This document shows positions 27,124-36,563 of a stretch of DNA of 64,000 bases, one piece after another (position 1 is the first letter of the stretch; every line of letters begins with the position of its first letter). Origin of the DNA: an uncultured Clostridia bacterium (GTDB taxonomy: Bacteria; Bacillota; Clostridia; Oscillospirales; Ruminococcaceae); NCBI GenBank assembly GCA_945876755.1, contig CAMCPM010000004.1, forward strand, positions 10,960 through 74,959. The letters are read 5' to 3'. The position numbers and the translations under genes are program-made. The notes beneath the pieces are model-generated. The model saw only the letters and a list, made by a program, of their open reading frames with translations, made no database searches and was not told the DNA's origin.

Positions 27124-27163
27124 AACAGCAAGGTCTCCGTCATAACTGACCGACGGAGACCTT
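27124..27163 (-). terminator. Probable terminator after pheT
   Basis: Perfect 12-bp stem AAGGTCTCCGTC (27130-27141) / GACGGAGACCTT (27152-27163). On the minus strand it is followed by GCTGTTTTG, a weak U-tract. Confidence 0.55.
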
Positions 27164-27168
27164 TTTAT

Positions 27169-29586
27169 TTATGCTCTAAGCTCTGCACCCAGAGCAGCAA
27201 GCTCCTTCAGTACACGCTTAACTGCTGCGTCAGCCTGCTCGTCTGTGAGAGTTCCCTCATGTGAACGCATAGAGATAGCGTACGCAACGGATTTCTTTCC
27301 TGCCGCGATCTGCTTGCCCTGATATACGTCGAACAGGGTAACTGTTTCAAGGATATTTCCCACAGCCTTTTTGATAGCCTTTTCAAGCTCAGCAACGGGA
27401 AGCGATTCATCGCATACGATTGCAAGGTCACGGGTAGTTGCAGGGAATTTGGGCAGCGGCTTGTAGGTCTTTACAGCAGTTGCCATATCAAGAAGCTCGG
27501 TAACGTTCAGCTTTGCGGCATAAGCCTTTACGCCTATACCATAGTTTTCAAGAACTTCGGGGTGCAGCTCGCCCACGATACCGATAGCCTTGCCGTCCTT
27601 GGTGATAACGGCGCATCTGCCCGGATGGAATGAGCTTGCCTCGGCAAATACTGCCGTATCTGTGCAGGCAGTGTACTCAAAATCCTCAACGCCTACGTTT
27701 TTCAGCATAGCGTCAACAATACCCTTGATGTCATAGAAATCACGGTTTCCGCCGTACATACCAACACTCAGACGTACAGGCTCTTCGGGAAGCTCTTTGC
27801 CGCAGGGGAGATATTCGCTTCCTATCTCAAACAGGCAAGCGGAAGCGTTTCTGTTGTTGTAGTTTCTTGCAAGCACCTCGCACATTGACGGGAGCAAAGT
27901 CGTTCTCATAACGGAGGTATCCTCGCCCAAAGGGTTGGTGATAACTACTGTATTTCTAAGCTTGCTGTCCTCGGGGAGACGTATCTTATCAAAATACTTG
28001 GGGCTGATAAACGAGTAAGTTGTGATTTCGTATGCGCCCAGAGCAGTCATAGCGTTCATAATTCTGCGCTCGAACTTTTGCTTTTCGGTAAGCTCGGCAG
28101 CAGCAACGCCGCGGATAATTGTTTTCGGGATATTGTTGTAGCCGTAAATTCTTGCGACTTCTTCAGCAACGTCAGCCTTGCACTCAATGTCGATACGGAC
28201 GGAGGGAGCATAAGCCATACCATTCTCGATCTTGAAATCAAGCTTTTCAAGGCAGGAACGCATAACGTCCTCGGAAATATCCGTACCGAGGAAATTATTT
28301 ATCCATGTTGGGTTGAACTCAACGCCCTTGGGTGTCTTGTCGGTGTAATCGGCATCGATAATTGTATTAACTACCTCGCCGCAGCCGAGCATTTCAACCA
28401 GCTCAAACGCACGCATAAGCGCAGGATAAGCGTTCTGAGCGTCAATACCCTTTTCAAAGCGCGCGGAAGCGTCGGTTCTCATACCGAGAGCCTTTGCTGT
28501 TGTGCGTACAGAAGCGCCGTCAAAGCAAGCTGCCTCGAAAACAACGTCAACTGTGTCGTCCATAATGCCGCTGTACTCGCCGCCCATTACGCCTGCAACT
28601 GCAACAGGTTTTTCGGCATCGGCGATAACAAGCATTTTTTCGGTAAGAGTTCTCTCAACTCCGTCAAGAGTTGTGATAGTCTCGCCCTGCTTTGCATTGC
28701 GGATATTTATCTCATTGCCCTTGATATAGCGGATATCGAAAGCGTGCATGGGGTGACCGTATTCAAGCATTACATAGTTTGTGATATCAACAAAATTATT
28801 GATAGGGCGCACGCCGCTTGCACGGAGACGTTCTCTCATCCAGCGGGGAGAAGGACCTATCTTAACGTTCTTTACAACGCCTGCGATGTATCTGGGGCAA
28901 AGCTCCTTGTTGTGAATCTCCACCTTCAGCATGGAGTTGATGTCGCCCTCCACGCCCTTGTATTCGGGAGCTTTCACGGTGTATGGTCTGTCAAAGGTAG
29001 CGTGAGTTTCTCTTGCAAGACCGATGACGGAAAGACAGTCGGGACGGTTTGAGGTTATTTCAAATTCCACAGAGGTATCGTTCAGACCGATAGCCTCGCG
29101 GATGTCCATACCAAGCTCAAAGGGTACGCAGCCCTCTTCCTCCTGCATAATGAAAATACCGTCTGCAATTGCATAAGGGAAATCGTGTGTGGTAAGTCCA
29201 AGCTCGCCGAGGGAGCAAAGCATACCGTTTGACTCAACGCCGCGAAGCTTGCCCTTCTTGATTTTTACGCCGCCGGGAAGTGTGGAGCCGTCCATAGCGA
29301 CGGGAACGATATCTCCTGCCTTGACGTTTGAAGCGCCTGTAACTATCTGTATAGGCTCGCCGTTTCCTGCGTGACCAACGTCCACCTGACACACTACAAG
29401 GTGGTCTGAGTTCTCGTGGGGAACAACGGAAAGAAGCTTGCCCACAACAACCTTGCTTATCTCCTCGCCCTCGGTCTCCCAGCGCTCAACCTTTGAGCCG
29501 CTGATGGTAAGACCAGAGCAGAATTCTTTTATTGAAAGGTCGGATACGTCAATATAATCCGACAGCCATCTCATTGATAAATCCAT
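27169..29586 (-). CDS. pheT: Phenylalanine--tRNA ligase beta subunit
   Basis: 805 aa. N-terminal MRWLSDYIDV, tRNA-binding, B3/4, B5 and FDX-ACB regions; follows pheS. Confidence 0.96.
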   Translation of the reverse strand: MDLSMRWLSDYIDVSDLSIKEFCSGLTISGSKVERWETEGEEISKVVVGKLLSVVPHENSDHLVVCQVDVGHAGNGEPIQIVTGASNVKAGDIVPVAMDGSTLPGGVKIKKGKLRGVESNGMLCSLGELGLTTHDFPYAIADGIFIMQEEEGCVPFELGMDIREAIGLNDTSVEFEITSNRPDCLSVIGLARETHATFDRPYTVKAPEYKGVEGDINSMLKVEIHNKELCPRYIAGVVKNVKIGPSPRWMRERLRASGVRPINNFVDITNYVMLEYGHPMHAFDIRYIKGNEINIRNAKQGETITTLDGVERTLTEKMLVIADAEKPVAVAGVMGGEYSGIMDDTVDVVFEAACFDGASVRTTAKALGMRTDASARFEKGIDAQNAYPALMRAFELVEMLGCGEVVNTIIDADYTDKTPKGVEFNPTWINNFLGTDISEDVMRSCLEKLDFKIENGMAYAPSVRIDIECKADVAEEVARIYGYNNIPKTIIRGVAAAELTEKQKFERRIMNAMTALGAYEITTYSFISPKYFDKIRLPEDSKLRNTVVITNPLGEDTSVMRTTLLPSMCEVLARNYNNRNASACLFEIGSEYLPCGKELPEEPVRLSVGMYGGNRDFYDIKGIVDAMLKNVGVEDFEYTACTDTAVFAEASSFHPGRCAVITKDGKAIGIVGELHPEVLENYGIGVKAYAAKLNVTELLDMATAVKTYKPLPKFPATTRDLAIVCDESLPVAELEKAIKKAVGNILETVTLFDVYQGKQIAAGKKSVAYAISMRSHEGTLTDEQADAAVKRVLKELAALGAELRA

Positions 29587-29618
29587 TTTATTTCACCAAC
29601 ACTTTCTATTTATCTTAA

Positions 29619-30638
29619 TCAGAATTGTCCCAAAAATCTCATATCGTTCTCATAAAGCAGGCGCATATCGTTTATCTCGTAGCGTCCCATTGTGATACGT
29701 TCAAGACCGATACCGAAGGCAAAGCCGCTGTAGACCTCGGGGTCGATGCCGCAGCCTTCAAGCACCTTGGGGTGAACCATACCTGCGCCCAGCAGCTCGA
29801 TATAGCCCTCATTCTTACACATGGGACAGCCCTCGCCGTGACAGTTGAAGCACATTATATCGACTTCGGCAGACGGCTCGGTGTATGGGAAGTGGTGGGG
29901 ACGGAGACGAATTTTGCAGTCCTCGCCGTAAAGACGCTGCATAAGAAGTTCAAGTGTACCGCAAAGGTCAGCAAATGTGATGCCCTTGTCGATAACAAGT
30001 CCCTCTATCTGGTGGAACAAAGGCGAGTGTGTCGCGTCAACTGCGTCGGAACGGTAAACACGTCCCGGAGAGATGATTCTGATAGGAGGCTTCTTGTTTT
30101 CCATTGTACGAATCTGTACTGAAGATGTCTGTGTTCTCAGAAGAACATTTTCACTGATGTAGAACGTATCCTGAGTATCTCTTGCAGGGTGGTGCTTGGG
30201 CATATTAAGTGCCTCAAAGCAGTAGTGGTCTGTTTCGACCTCGGGTCCCTCGACTACCTCAAAGCCCATGCCGAGGAAAACCTCCTTGACCTCGTTGAGA
30301 GTTACCGTCAGCGGATGAAGCTTACCCACGGACTGAACCTTGCCGGGCAGAGTAACGTCGATAGTTTCTTCCTTGAGCTTCTTTGCTGCAAGCTCGGATT
30401 TGAGAGCCGCAGTTCTTGCCGCAAGCTTATCCTCAATACTTTTGCGTACTTCATTTGCAAGCTGACCGATAACGGGTCTTTCCTCTGCGGAAAGTCCGCC
30501 CATCTGCTTCAGAATAGCGGTAAGCTCGCCCTTTTTGCCAAGGTACTTTACCCGGAGATTTTCAAGGGCGTCGGCAGCGCCGCATTCCGCCAGCTCCTTT
30601 TCGGCAAGCTGTCTGATTTTTTCAAGCTGTTCTTTCAT
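29619..30638 (-). CDS. pheS: Phenylalanine--tRNA ligase alpha subunit
   Basis: 339 aa. Class II motifs ([38 protein letters not shown]). Confidence 0.97.
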   Translation of the reverse strand: MKEQLEKIRQLAEKELAECGAADALENLRVKYLGKKGELTAILKQMGGLSAEERPVIGQLANEVRKSIEDKLAARTAALKSELAAKKLKEETIDVTLPGKVQSVGKLHPLTVTLNEVKEVFLGMGFEVVEGPEVETDHYCFEALNMPKHHPARDTQDTFYISENVLLRTQTSSVQIRTMENKKPPIRIISPGRVYRSDAVDATHSPLFHQIEGLVIDKGITFADLCGTLELLMQRLYGEDCKIRLRPHHFPYTEPSAEVDIMCFNCHGEGCPMCKNEGYIELLGAGMVHPKVLEGCGIDPEVYSGFAFGIGLERITMGRYEINDMRLLYENDMRFLGQF

Positions 30639-30688
30639 TTAAAAACCAATCCTTTCTGTTCCCGTATTCTATCGGAAAATGTTAGTCC

Positions 30689-30990
30689 AAACAAAAAGCC
30701 CTGTCCCGTTTTTTCGGGACAAGGCATAACCTTGCTTATAACCACCCATTCAAAGGACAGACATCCTCCATGCCTTAACGCGGCAAAAACGTTTCCGCCT
30801 ACCTGCAAAATAAAATGTTTCAGCGGAGCCACTCGCGGGTGAAATTCGTCATGACGGGGTAAAAAGGAGCTTCCAGCAAATGCTCCTCTCTCTGTATATA
30901 CCGTATCCGTCCGGACTACTTTGCCCGGTCGTAATGTTTCGGGAATTTATTTCATACCGATATCCGTTTTCAGCGGATATGAATATCACA
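30689..30990 (-). promoter_or_regulatory. T-box riboswitch leader (Phe specifier) controlling pheST
   Basis: On the minus strand: AGUA and AGAGAG boxes, specifier-loop 3' side GAAUUUCA (UUC + A), T-box core AAUGGGUGGUU, and terminator GCCTTGTCCCG-AAAAAA-CGGGACAGGGC + TTTTTGTTT (30689-30725). Confidence 0.85.
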
Positions 30991-30996
30991 TTTATT

Positions 30997-31025
30997 ATTA
31001 TATACAATAACGTCACAAATTGCAA
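30997..31025 (-). promoter_or_regulatory. Sigma-A promoter of the pheST T-box leader
   Basis: Minus strand: TTGCAA (31025-31020), 17-bp spacer, TATAAT (31002-30997). Confidence 0.55.
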
Positions 31026-31036
31026 GCAAATTTTTA

Positions 31037-31065
31037 TTGCAAAACTGTTTTTTTTGTGATATAAT
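31037..31065 (+). promoter_or_regulatory. Divergent sigma-A promoter of the 31105 gene
   Basis: TTGCAA (31037-31042), 17-bp spacer, extended -10 TGaTATAAT (31057-31065). Confidence 0.6.
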
Positions 31066-31104
31066 ATATTTTATACAAAAAACGATATAAATCAGGAGGA
31101 AAAA

Positions 31105-31632
31105 ATGGACATTTTTGTTGAACAAATTGTGAAAAAAGAAGTAACCGGCAAGGATTGGGCAAAAAGAGTTTTTATAGGCATCGGAATGGGTGTAGTCGCC
31201 GCAGTATGCGTGTTTGTGTTTTTGTTTATACTTCCCATACCGGGGCTTGCATTGCTGCTCCTTGCGGGAATTTTCTACGGCGGCTACCGTCTGCTGACCA
31301 ATTCCGACTGCGAGTATGAATACATTGTCACAAACGGCGAAATAGATATCGACAAGATAATCGCAAAAAGAAACCGTGTGCGCCTTATTACCGCAAAGGC
31401 TTCGGCATTTGAAGCTTTCGGTGAGTACAAGGACGCACCTAAGCTTGAAAGCGGCGTAACCGTTGTAAGCGCAGTAGGCGAAAGCGAAAGCGGAGCTGAA
31501 ACCACTGCTTATTATGCAGATTTCAAGCACGCAACGGCAGGAAATGTTCGTCTTGTTTTTACTCCGGAAGAAAAGGTGCTGGAGGCAATAAAGCCCTTCC
31601 TTCCGAGACAGCTTAAAATCAACAGAAAATAA
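31105..31632 (+). CDS. Hypothetical membrane protein (two TM helices, soluble C-terminal domain)
   Basis: 175 aa. Good RBS AGGAGG. TM pair VFIGIGMGVVAAVCVFVFLFILPIPGLALLLLAGIFYGGY. No family recognised with confidence. Confidence 0.5.
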   Translation: MDIFVEQIVKKEVTGKDWAKRVFIGIGMGVVAAVCVFVFLFILPIPGLALLLLAGIFYGGYRLLTNSDCEYEYIVTNGEIDIDKIIAKRNRVRLITAKASAFEAFGEYKDAPKLESGVTVVSAVGESESGAETTAYYADFKHATAGNVRLVFTPEEKVLEAIKPFLPRQLKINRK

Positions 31633-31701
31633 TACATCTTTCTTATTTATATTTTTAAAATACTACACCGTATAAATACTGCCCCGAAAGGATGTTACCT
31701 T

Positions 31702-32061
31702 ATGACGATAGGTTCGTATATCATCGAGCTTGACCGATTTAAAAAGCTTGCTCCGAAGCCGAGATTTCTTGCAAAATATTATTCTCCGCAGGAGATGAAA
31801 TTTTTGATGGAAAAGCATTTTCCGCTTTATTCAACTGCGGAAATGTTTGCTGCCAAATTTGCATTTCTTAAAGCTATGGGCATAAGCTCCAACGGACTTA
31901 AAATGAACGAGATCTCCGTGCTTACCGATTACAGCGGAGCATACTATATCAGCCTTTCAGGAAAAGCTAAAAAGGCGTTTTCTCTGAAACGCTGCCGAAT
32001 CGGCGTAAGCTGTTCCCACACAAAGAATATTGTTCAGGCAATTGTGATCTTCTACGAGTGA
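31702..32061 (+). CDS. acpS: AcpS-like 4'-phosphopantetheinyl transferase homologue with substituted metal ligands
   Basis: 119 aa. Aligns along its length to AcpS (IGSYIIELDRF vs IGLDITELKRI; FAAKFAFLKA vs FAAKEAFSKA; SCSHTKN vs SITHTKE). Conserved acpS-nnr neighbourhood. Confidence 0.7.
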   Translation: MTIGSYIIELDRFKKLAPKPRFLAKYYSPQEMKFLMEKHFPLYSTAEMFAAKFAFLKAMGISSNGLKMNEISVLTDYSGAYYISLSGKAKKAFSLKRCRIGVSCSHTKNIVQAIVIFYE

Positions 32062-32085
32062 TAACTGCAAAACGGAGGACTTTCA

Positions 32086-33609
32086 ATGATCTACCCTACA
32101 CCAAAGCAGATGAAAACCATCGAGGAAAATTCAGATAAAAACGGCGTTTCCTACCGCGCTCTTATGGAGAACGCAGGGGAAGCGCTTACTATGCTTATTT
32201 ATAAGATAGGCGGAGAGACCGATATTTCTTCAGGTGTTGTATTTATCTGCGGCAGCGGCAACAACGGCGGCGACGGCTTTGTTTCTGCTCGTTTGCTTGC
32301 TGAGGGAGGTGTTCCCGTTACAGTAGTTCTTGCCTGCGGCGACCCGTCAACCGAGCTTGCTGCTGTGGAATACTGCGAATTAAGCGGCGCAGGAAGCATT
32401 GACGTGCTTAATCTTAACGATAATATCGAGAAGGTTTTTTCACGTTTTTCCGAAGCGGCTGTAATTGTGGACTGCGTTTTCGGTACCGGTTTTCACGGAT
32501 TTCTTCCGCCTCAGATCAAGGCTTGCTTTTCTTTTGCGGAAAGGTGCGGTGCGATCAAAATTGCCGCAGATGTTCCTTCGGGCGGTGACTGTCTGAGAGG
32601 TACGGTCTCGGAGGGTACGATGAAGTGTGCATATACGGTAACATTCGGGTATAAAAAGGTCGGTATGCTTATGCAGCCCCTTGAAGAATACTGCGGTAAA
32701 ATTATTGCCGCAGATATCGGATTTACTGAAAAATGTGTTCACGGTCTTGATTATTTGCCCACTCTTTTTACGGAAAAGGACGCTTCGGAAATGCTTCCGA
32801 AACGTGCTAAAAATGCTCACAAGGGCGATTTCGGCAGGCTTCTGAATATTGCAGGCAGTGCGAGAATGAGCGGTGCTGCGGCGCTTTCGACCAAAGCGGC
32901 TCTTCGTTCTGGAGCAGGTCTTGTTACTCTTGCCTCCACGGAAACGGTCATATCAAGAATTGCCGGAGCAATGCCCGAGGCGATGTATCTTCCGCTTGAA
33001 GCTGATGCAAAGAATTCCGATATCATTCTGAAAGAATGTGAAAATAAAAACGCAGTTTCTGTCGGATGCGGGCTATCCGTTACCGAAAATACCAAAACAA
33101 TCGTGGAAAAAGTGATAAAAAATTCGGCGTGTCCAATTATTTTGGATGCAGATGGAATAAACTGTATTGCGGACAACATAGATATAATCAGAGATGCAAA
33201 AGCAGAGCTTATAATCACTCCCCATGCAGGTGAGCTTGCACGGCTTGCAGGGATATCTCCTGCCGAAGCTGCCGCTGACAGGCTTACGCTTGCGGTAAAT
33301 CTTGCGAGAGAATACGGTATAACCGTTGTTGCCAAGGGCGTTCCGACGTTTGTGGCAGGTCACGGAAAGGTTTACGTTATTCCTGCCGGAAATCCGGGAC
33401 TGAGCCGCGGCGGAAGCGGAGATGTTCTGACGGGAATTATTGCGGCGTTCTGCGCACAGGGACTTGCTCCTCTGGACGCGGCGGCACTTGGAGTATTCGT
33501 TCACGGTGCGGCGGCGGATCTGGCTGCTGAAAAGCTTTCAATGACGGGTATGCTTCCATCTGACGTGATTGAAAATCTGCCTTTTGTGTTCAAAGCTTGG
33601 AACAGATAA
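32086..33609 (+). CDS. nnr: Bifunctional NAD(P)H-hydrate repair enzyme Nnr (epimerase + ADP-dependent dehydratase, YjeF)
   Basis: 507 aa. YjeF_N (CGSGNNGGDGF) and the C-terminal carbohydrate-kinase-like domain (HKGDFG..., GNPGLSRGGSGDVLTG). Confidence 0.9.
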   Translation: MIYPTPKQMKTIEENSDKNGVSYRALMENAGEALTMLIYKIGGETDISSGVVFICGSGNNGGDGFVSARLLAEGGVPVTVVLACGDPSTELAAVEYCELSGAGSIDVLNLNDNIEKVFSRFSEAAVIVDCVFGTGFHGFLPPQIKACFSFAERCGAIKIAADVPSGGDCLRGTVSEGTMKCAYTVTFGYKKVGMLMQPLEEYCGKIIAADIGFTEKCVHGLDYLPTLFTEKDASEMLPKRAKNAHKGDFGRLLNIAGSARMSGAAALSTKAALRSGAGLVTLASTETVISRIAGAMPEAMYLPLEADAKNSDIILKECENKNAVSVGCGLSVTENTKTIVEKVIKNSACPIILDADGINCIADNIDIIRDAKAELIITPHAGELARLAGISPAEAAADRLTLAVNLAREYGITVVAKGVPTFVAGHGKVYVIPAGNPGLSRGGSGDVLTGIIAAFCAQGLAPLDAAALGVFVHGAAADLAAEKLSMTGMLPSDVIENLPFVFKAWNR

Positions 33610-33670
33610 GGCGATGTATATTTTGGTTATTGGTATTACGCCCTCTGTTCTTTGAATGGAGGGCATTTTT

Positions 33671-34273
33671 ATGGGTAAATTCAGAAAATACGCAGGATTG
33701 TTTATTATACTGTCAGCAATAATTATAACTATTTTTACTTCTTGTAGCGGTAAAATCGGTGTAAAATCAAAGACTCCCGATATGAATGTACAGTTTGAAA
33801 CCAATATGAAAGTTCAGTCCGGAGAACTGGAGTTTACGGGAAGCATGAAAAGGTATGGAACGGGACTTTGGGAAATGCGTGTGGATTCGCCCGAAACGCT
33901 GGCAGGGCTGTCGCTTTCTTACAATGACAGCGGAGTAAAGGCAGAGCTGGACGGCCTTGAACTGGATATCCCTGTTGAGGATATTAACGACGGCGCTGTT
34001 TTTGGATTGATTTTTAAAGCTGTTGACAGTGCAGCGTCGGCAGGGGAACTGACCTTTACCGAAAACGAAGACGGTAAAGCATACACGGGAGAATTTGCTC
34101 AGGGTACATATTCTATTACCTTTGACCCTGAAAGCCTTGCACCTGTTAAGCTGGAAATTCCCGAAGTTTCTCTTTCTGCCGAGTTCAGCGGATTTCACAT
34201 CCTCACGGGAGAAAATACTGTAACCGAGCAAGCAGAGCAGGAAAGCGGTCCTCAGGATTTGCAATCTGAATAA
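33671..34273 (+). CDS. Hypothetical lipoprotein
   Basis: Signal peptide with lipobox IFTSC-S (MGKFRKYAGLFIILSAIIITIFTSCSG). ATG 33671 follows GGAGGG by 7 nt. Confidence 0.6.
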   Translation: MGKFRKYAGLFIILSAIIITIFTSCSGKIGVKSKTPDMNVQFETNMKVQSGELEFTGSMKRYGTGLWEMRVDSPETLAGLSLSYNDSGVKAELDGLELDIPVEDINDGAVFGLIFKAVDSAASAGELTFTENEDGKAYTGEFAQGTYSITFDPESLAPVKLEIPEVSLSAEFSGFHILTGENTVTEQAEQESGPQDLQSE

Positions 34274-34280
34274 AACAACA

Positions 34281-34319
34281 AAGGGTACCGAGCAAGCTCG
34301 ATACCCTTAAATATTTTTT
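34281..34319. terminator. Bidirectional terminator between the lipoprotein and M23 peptidase genes
   Basis: Stem AAGGGTACCGAGC / GCTCGATACCCTT (one mismatch), with T-rich tracts on both strands. Confidence 0.65.
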
Positions 34320-34320
34320 A

Positions 34321-36156
34321 TCAATACTGTGAAACGTAATCGGTCGGGTTGAGGTAAGTACCATAGCTGCGAACCTCAAAATGCAGGTGATTTCCGTAAG
34401 AATCGCCTGTGCTTCCCACATAGCCGATAAGCTGACCCTTTACAACGTAGTCGCCGTAGCTTACAGCCAGAGAACTCTGATGAGCATAAACCGTAACATT
34501 TCCATCGGAATGTTCAATTCTTATCCAGTTGCCGTAACCGCCGTTCCAGCCCTTTGAAGATTCAATGACTGTACCGGACTCGGCAGCGTAAATCGGTGTT
34601 CCGTAAGGTGCGGCAATATCAATACCCTTATGACCTCTGCCGTCGCCCTGATAAGCGGAAATATAACCGCCGTCAACAGGCCAGAAATATTCGCCTGAAC
34701 CGCCCGAACCCTCGCTTACCGGAGTGATTGTCTCTCTTGTGCCGACTCTCATTTCCTTTGCAACGGGTTCAGAAAGAACGACCTCGTCAATAACTTCTTT
34801 TGATACGGGAGTGTCGCCCTTATATGTTACAAGTGCGGTAACTTTTTTCTCGCCTTCAACACCCTTTACGTCAACAGCGCTGTCGCCTTTGTACATATCA
34901 GGGTCTTTGGTCTTGATGATCTCATAATCAATAGCTTCGTTGTATACTACCTCTTTAGTAGTCAGCACCTGAAGATAAGGAACTTCCTCGCTGAGCTGTA
35001 CAACGGCTCCGATAGGACAATATTCTGTAATATCGTCGATCTTCTCGCCGTCAAAGGTAATAAAGCAATCCTTAAGTTCTTCCGTAGTCATGCCGTTGTC
35101 AACAGCGATATTCCACGGATTATCGCCCTTTTGCACCTCATAGTAAACAGGCTCGGAAACAATTGAAGTAAAGGTATCAATGATTTCCTGCTGGTCAACT
35201 ATAATGGACGGGTCAACAAACTGTTCGTAGGTATATTCAATATCCTTGTCAAAAGAAACCGAAACGACTTCTCCTTCAAGGTACTCACTTTTTTTGATCT
35301 CAAGGAAATTTGAGATCTCGTTGTTTTCTTTTACAGCGCCTATAACCTCGCCGTTAACGGTAACAACATAAGCTCTTTCCTTATAAACATTTTCATCGCC
35401 AATGCTTGGAGCGGACACCTTGCTGACAGATACTTCGTTTTCGGCAGGTTCTTCAGTGACCTGTGTTTCGATCTGCTCCTGAAGAGCATCCGCGAGCATC
35501 TGCTCGTCGATGACTTCATCCTGAGCGCCCAGCGGTTTAAGCGAAAGCATTGCGGTAATATATGTTTCGCTTTCGGTATCGTAATATGTTGCACGGTCTG
35601 CAATAACCTTCTGAGCTTCATTGATGACCGATTCCTCGGATACAACGCCGATTTCCTGACCATTGTACTCAACGGTTACACCGTAATCTGCGGAAGCTTT
35701 ATCAGCGACTACGCACACAAGAAAAGCAATACTTACAACGGGAACGGTATAATTTACAACCGTTTTGGCAAATTTTTTGCTTCCCTTTAAAGCAGCGGCA
35801 ATATCAGAAAGCTGAAGAACGACTGCTTTGCCGAAGCCGACCTCTGCCATTCTTCCGGCAAATTTTCCGCACCAGCCGGAAAAACGCTTTGCACTGACGG
35901 AAAAGTTGTTTCCCAACTTTCTAAAATGTTTTGCCGAAGACACGGCAAGCTTTCTTACAAGCGGAACAGCACCGTTTCCGATGCCTGCCGCAGCGCGTTT
36001 CATAACGGAAATAGTCCGTCTTACAGCCGCAGCGGCAAGATATGTAACAAGTGAACCCACATTCACCATAGCCGATTCAAAGCTTATATTTTTCTTATTC
36101 AAACCGGTAGCATTCTCCGTTTGCTTTTTTTCTGAAGCATTAGGATGAAGGCTCAT
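34321..36156 (-). CDS. M23-family peptidoglycan endopeptidase with LysM and G5 domains and an N-terminal membrane anchor
   Basis: 611 aa. LysM (YEVQKGDNPWNIAVDNGMTTEEL), G5-like (KVTALVTYKGDTPVSKEVIDEVVLSEPVAKEMRVGTRE), and M23 (HKGIDIAAPYGTPIYAA...GNHLHFEV). Confidence 0.85.
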   Translation of the reverse strand: MSLHPNASEKKQTENATGLNKKNISFESAMVNVGSLVTYLAAAAVRRTISVMKRAAAGIGNGAVPLVRKLAVSSAKHFRKLGNNFSVSAKRFSGWCGKFAGRMAEVGFGKAVVLQLSDIAAALKGSKKFAKTVVNYTVPVVSIAFLVCVVADKASADYGVTVEYNGQEIGVVSEESVINEAQKVIADRATYYDTESETYITAMLSLKPLGAQDEVIDEQMLADALQEQIETQVTEEPAENEVSVSKVSAPSIGDENVYKERAYVVTVNGEVIGAVKENNEISNFLEIKKSEYLEGEVVSVSFDKDIEYTYEQFVDPSIIVDQQEIIDTFTSIVSEPVYYEVQKGDNPWNIAVDNGMTTEELKDCFITFDGEKIDDITEYCPIGAVVQLSEEVPYLQVLTTKEVVYNEAIDYEIIKTKDPDMYKGDSAVDVKGVEGEKKVTALVTYKGDTPVSKEVIDEVVLSEPVAKEMRVGTRETITPVSEGSGGSGEYFWPVDGGYISAYQGDGRGHKGIDIAAPYGTPIYAAESGTVIESSKGWNGGYGNWIRIEHSDGNVTVYAHQSSLAVSYGDYVVKGQLIGYVGSTGDSYGNHLHFEVRSYGTYLNPTDYVSQY

Positions 36157-36237
36157 TTAAACAACTCCTTTCCTTTTGTTTACACATATATCTATCAAAC
36201 AACCGAAATTTTCATTAAAACATAAACAGTTACAAAA

Positions 36238-36560
36238 CAGTAACATTAGTATTATTATACTGCATTTTTTTCAAAAATCAACACCCTGAAGTTTTTAGTC
36301 ACAATTTATTAATCTTTTTTAGATATTCATACAAGTTTAACGTTCAATTTTATACATATTCACTATAAAATTTCCTTATTTTTGCTGTAAATATGTTCCT
36401 TAAAAATTATCTCAATGGCGAATTTACATATAATTACAGTTACAGTTTGTAACTTTTTTGTACTGTGTTTTTCTTAAACCTTGTATTTAAGCCGTTTTTT
36501 AGGGCAATAAAAAATTACAAAACGGTAACAAACTTTAGAAGTGCTGTTACCGTTTGTAAT
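36238..36560. repeat. Four copies of a 15-17-nt palindromic word (G/A)TTACAAA(A)C(A/G/T)GTAAC(A)
   Basis: Forward copies 36238-36254 (GTTACAAAACAGTAACA) and 36514-36530 (ATTACAAAACGGTAACA). Inverted copies 36439-36453 and 36545-36560. The last pair forms the terminator stem listed next. Confidence 0.8.
36506..36560 (-). terminator. Intrinsic terminator after the pseudouridine synthase gene
   Basis: 16-17-bp stem ATTACAAAACGGTAACA / TGTTACCGTTTGTAAT. On the minus strand it is followed by TTTTTTATTG. Confidence 0.8.
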
Positions 36561-36563
36561 TAT

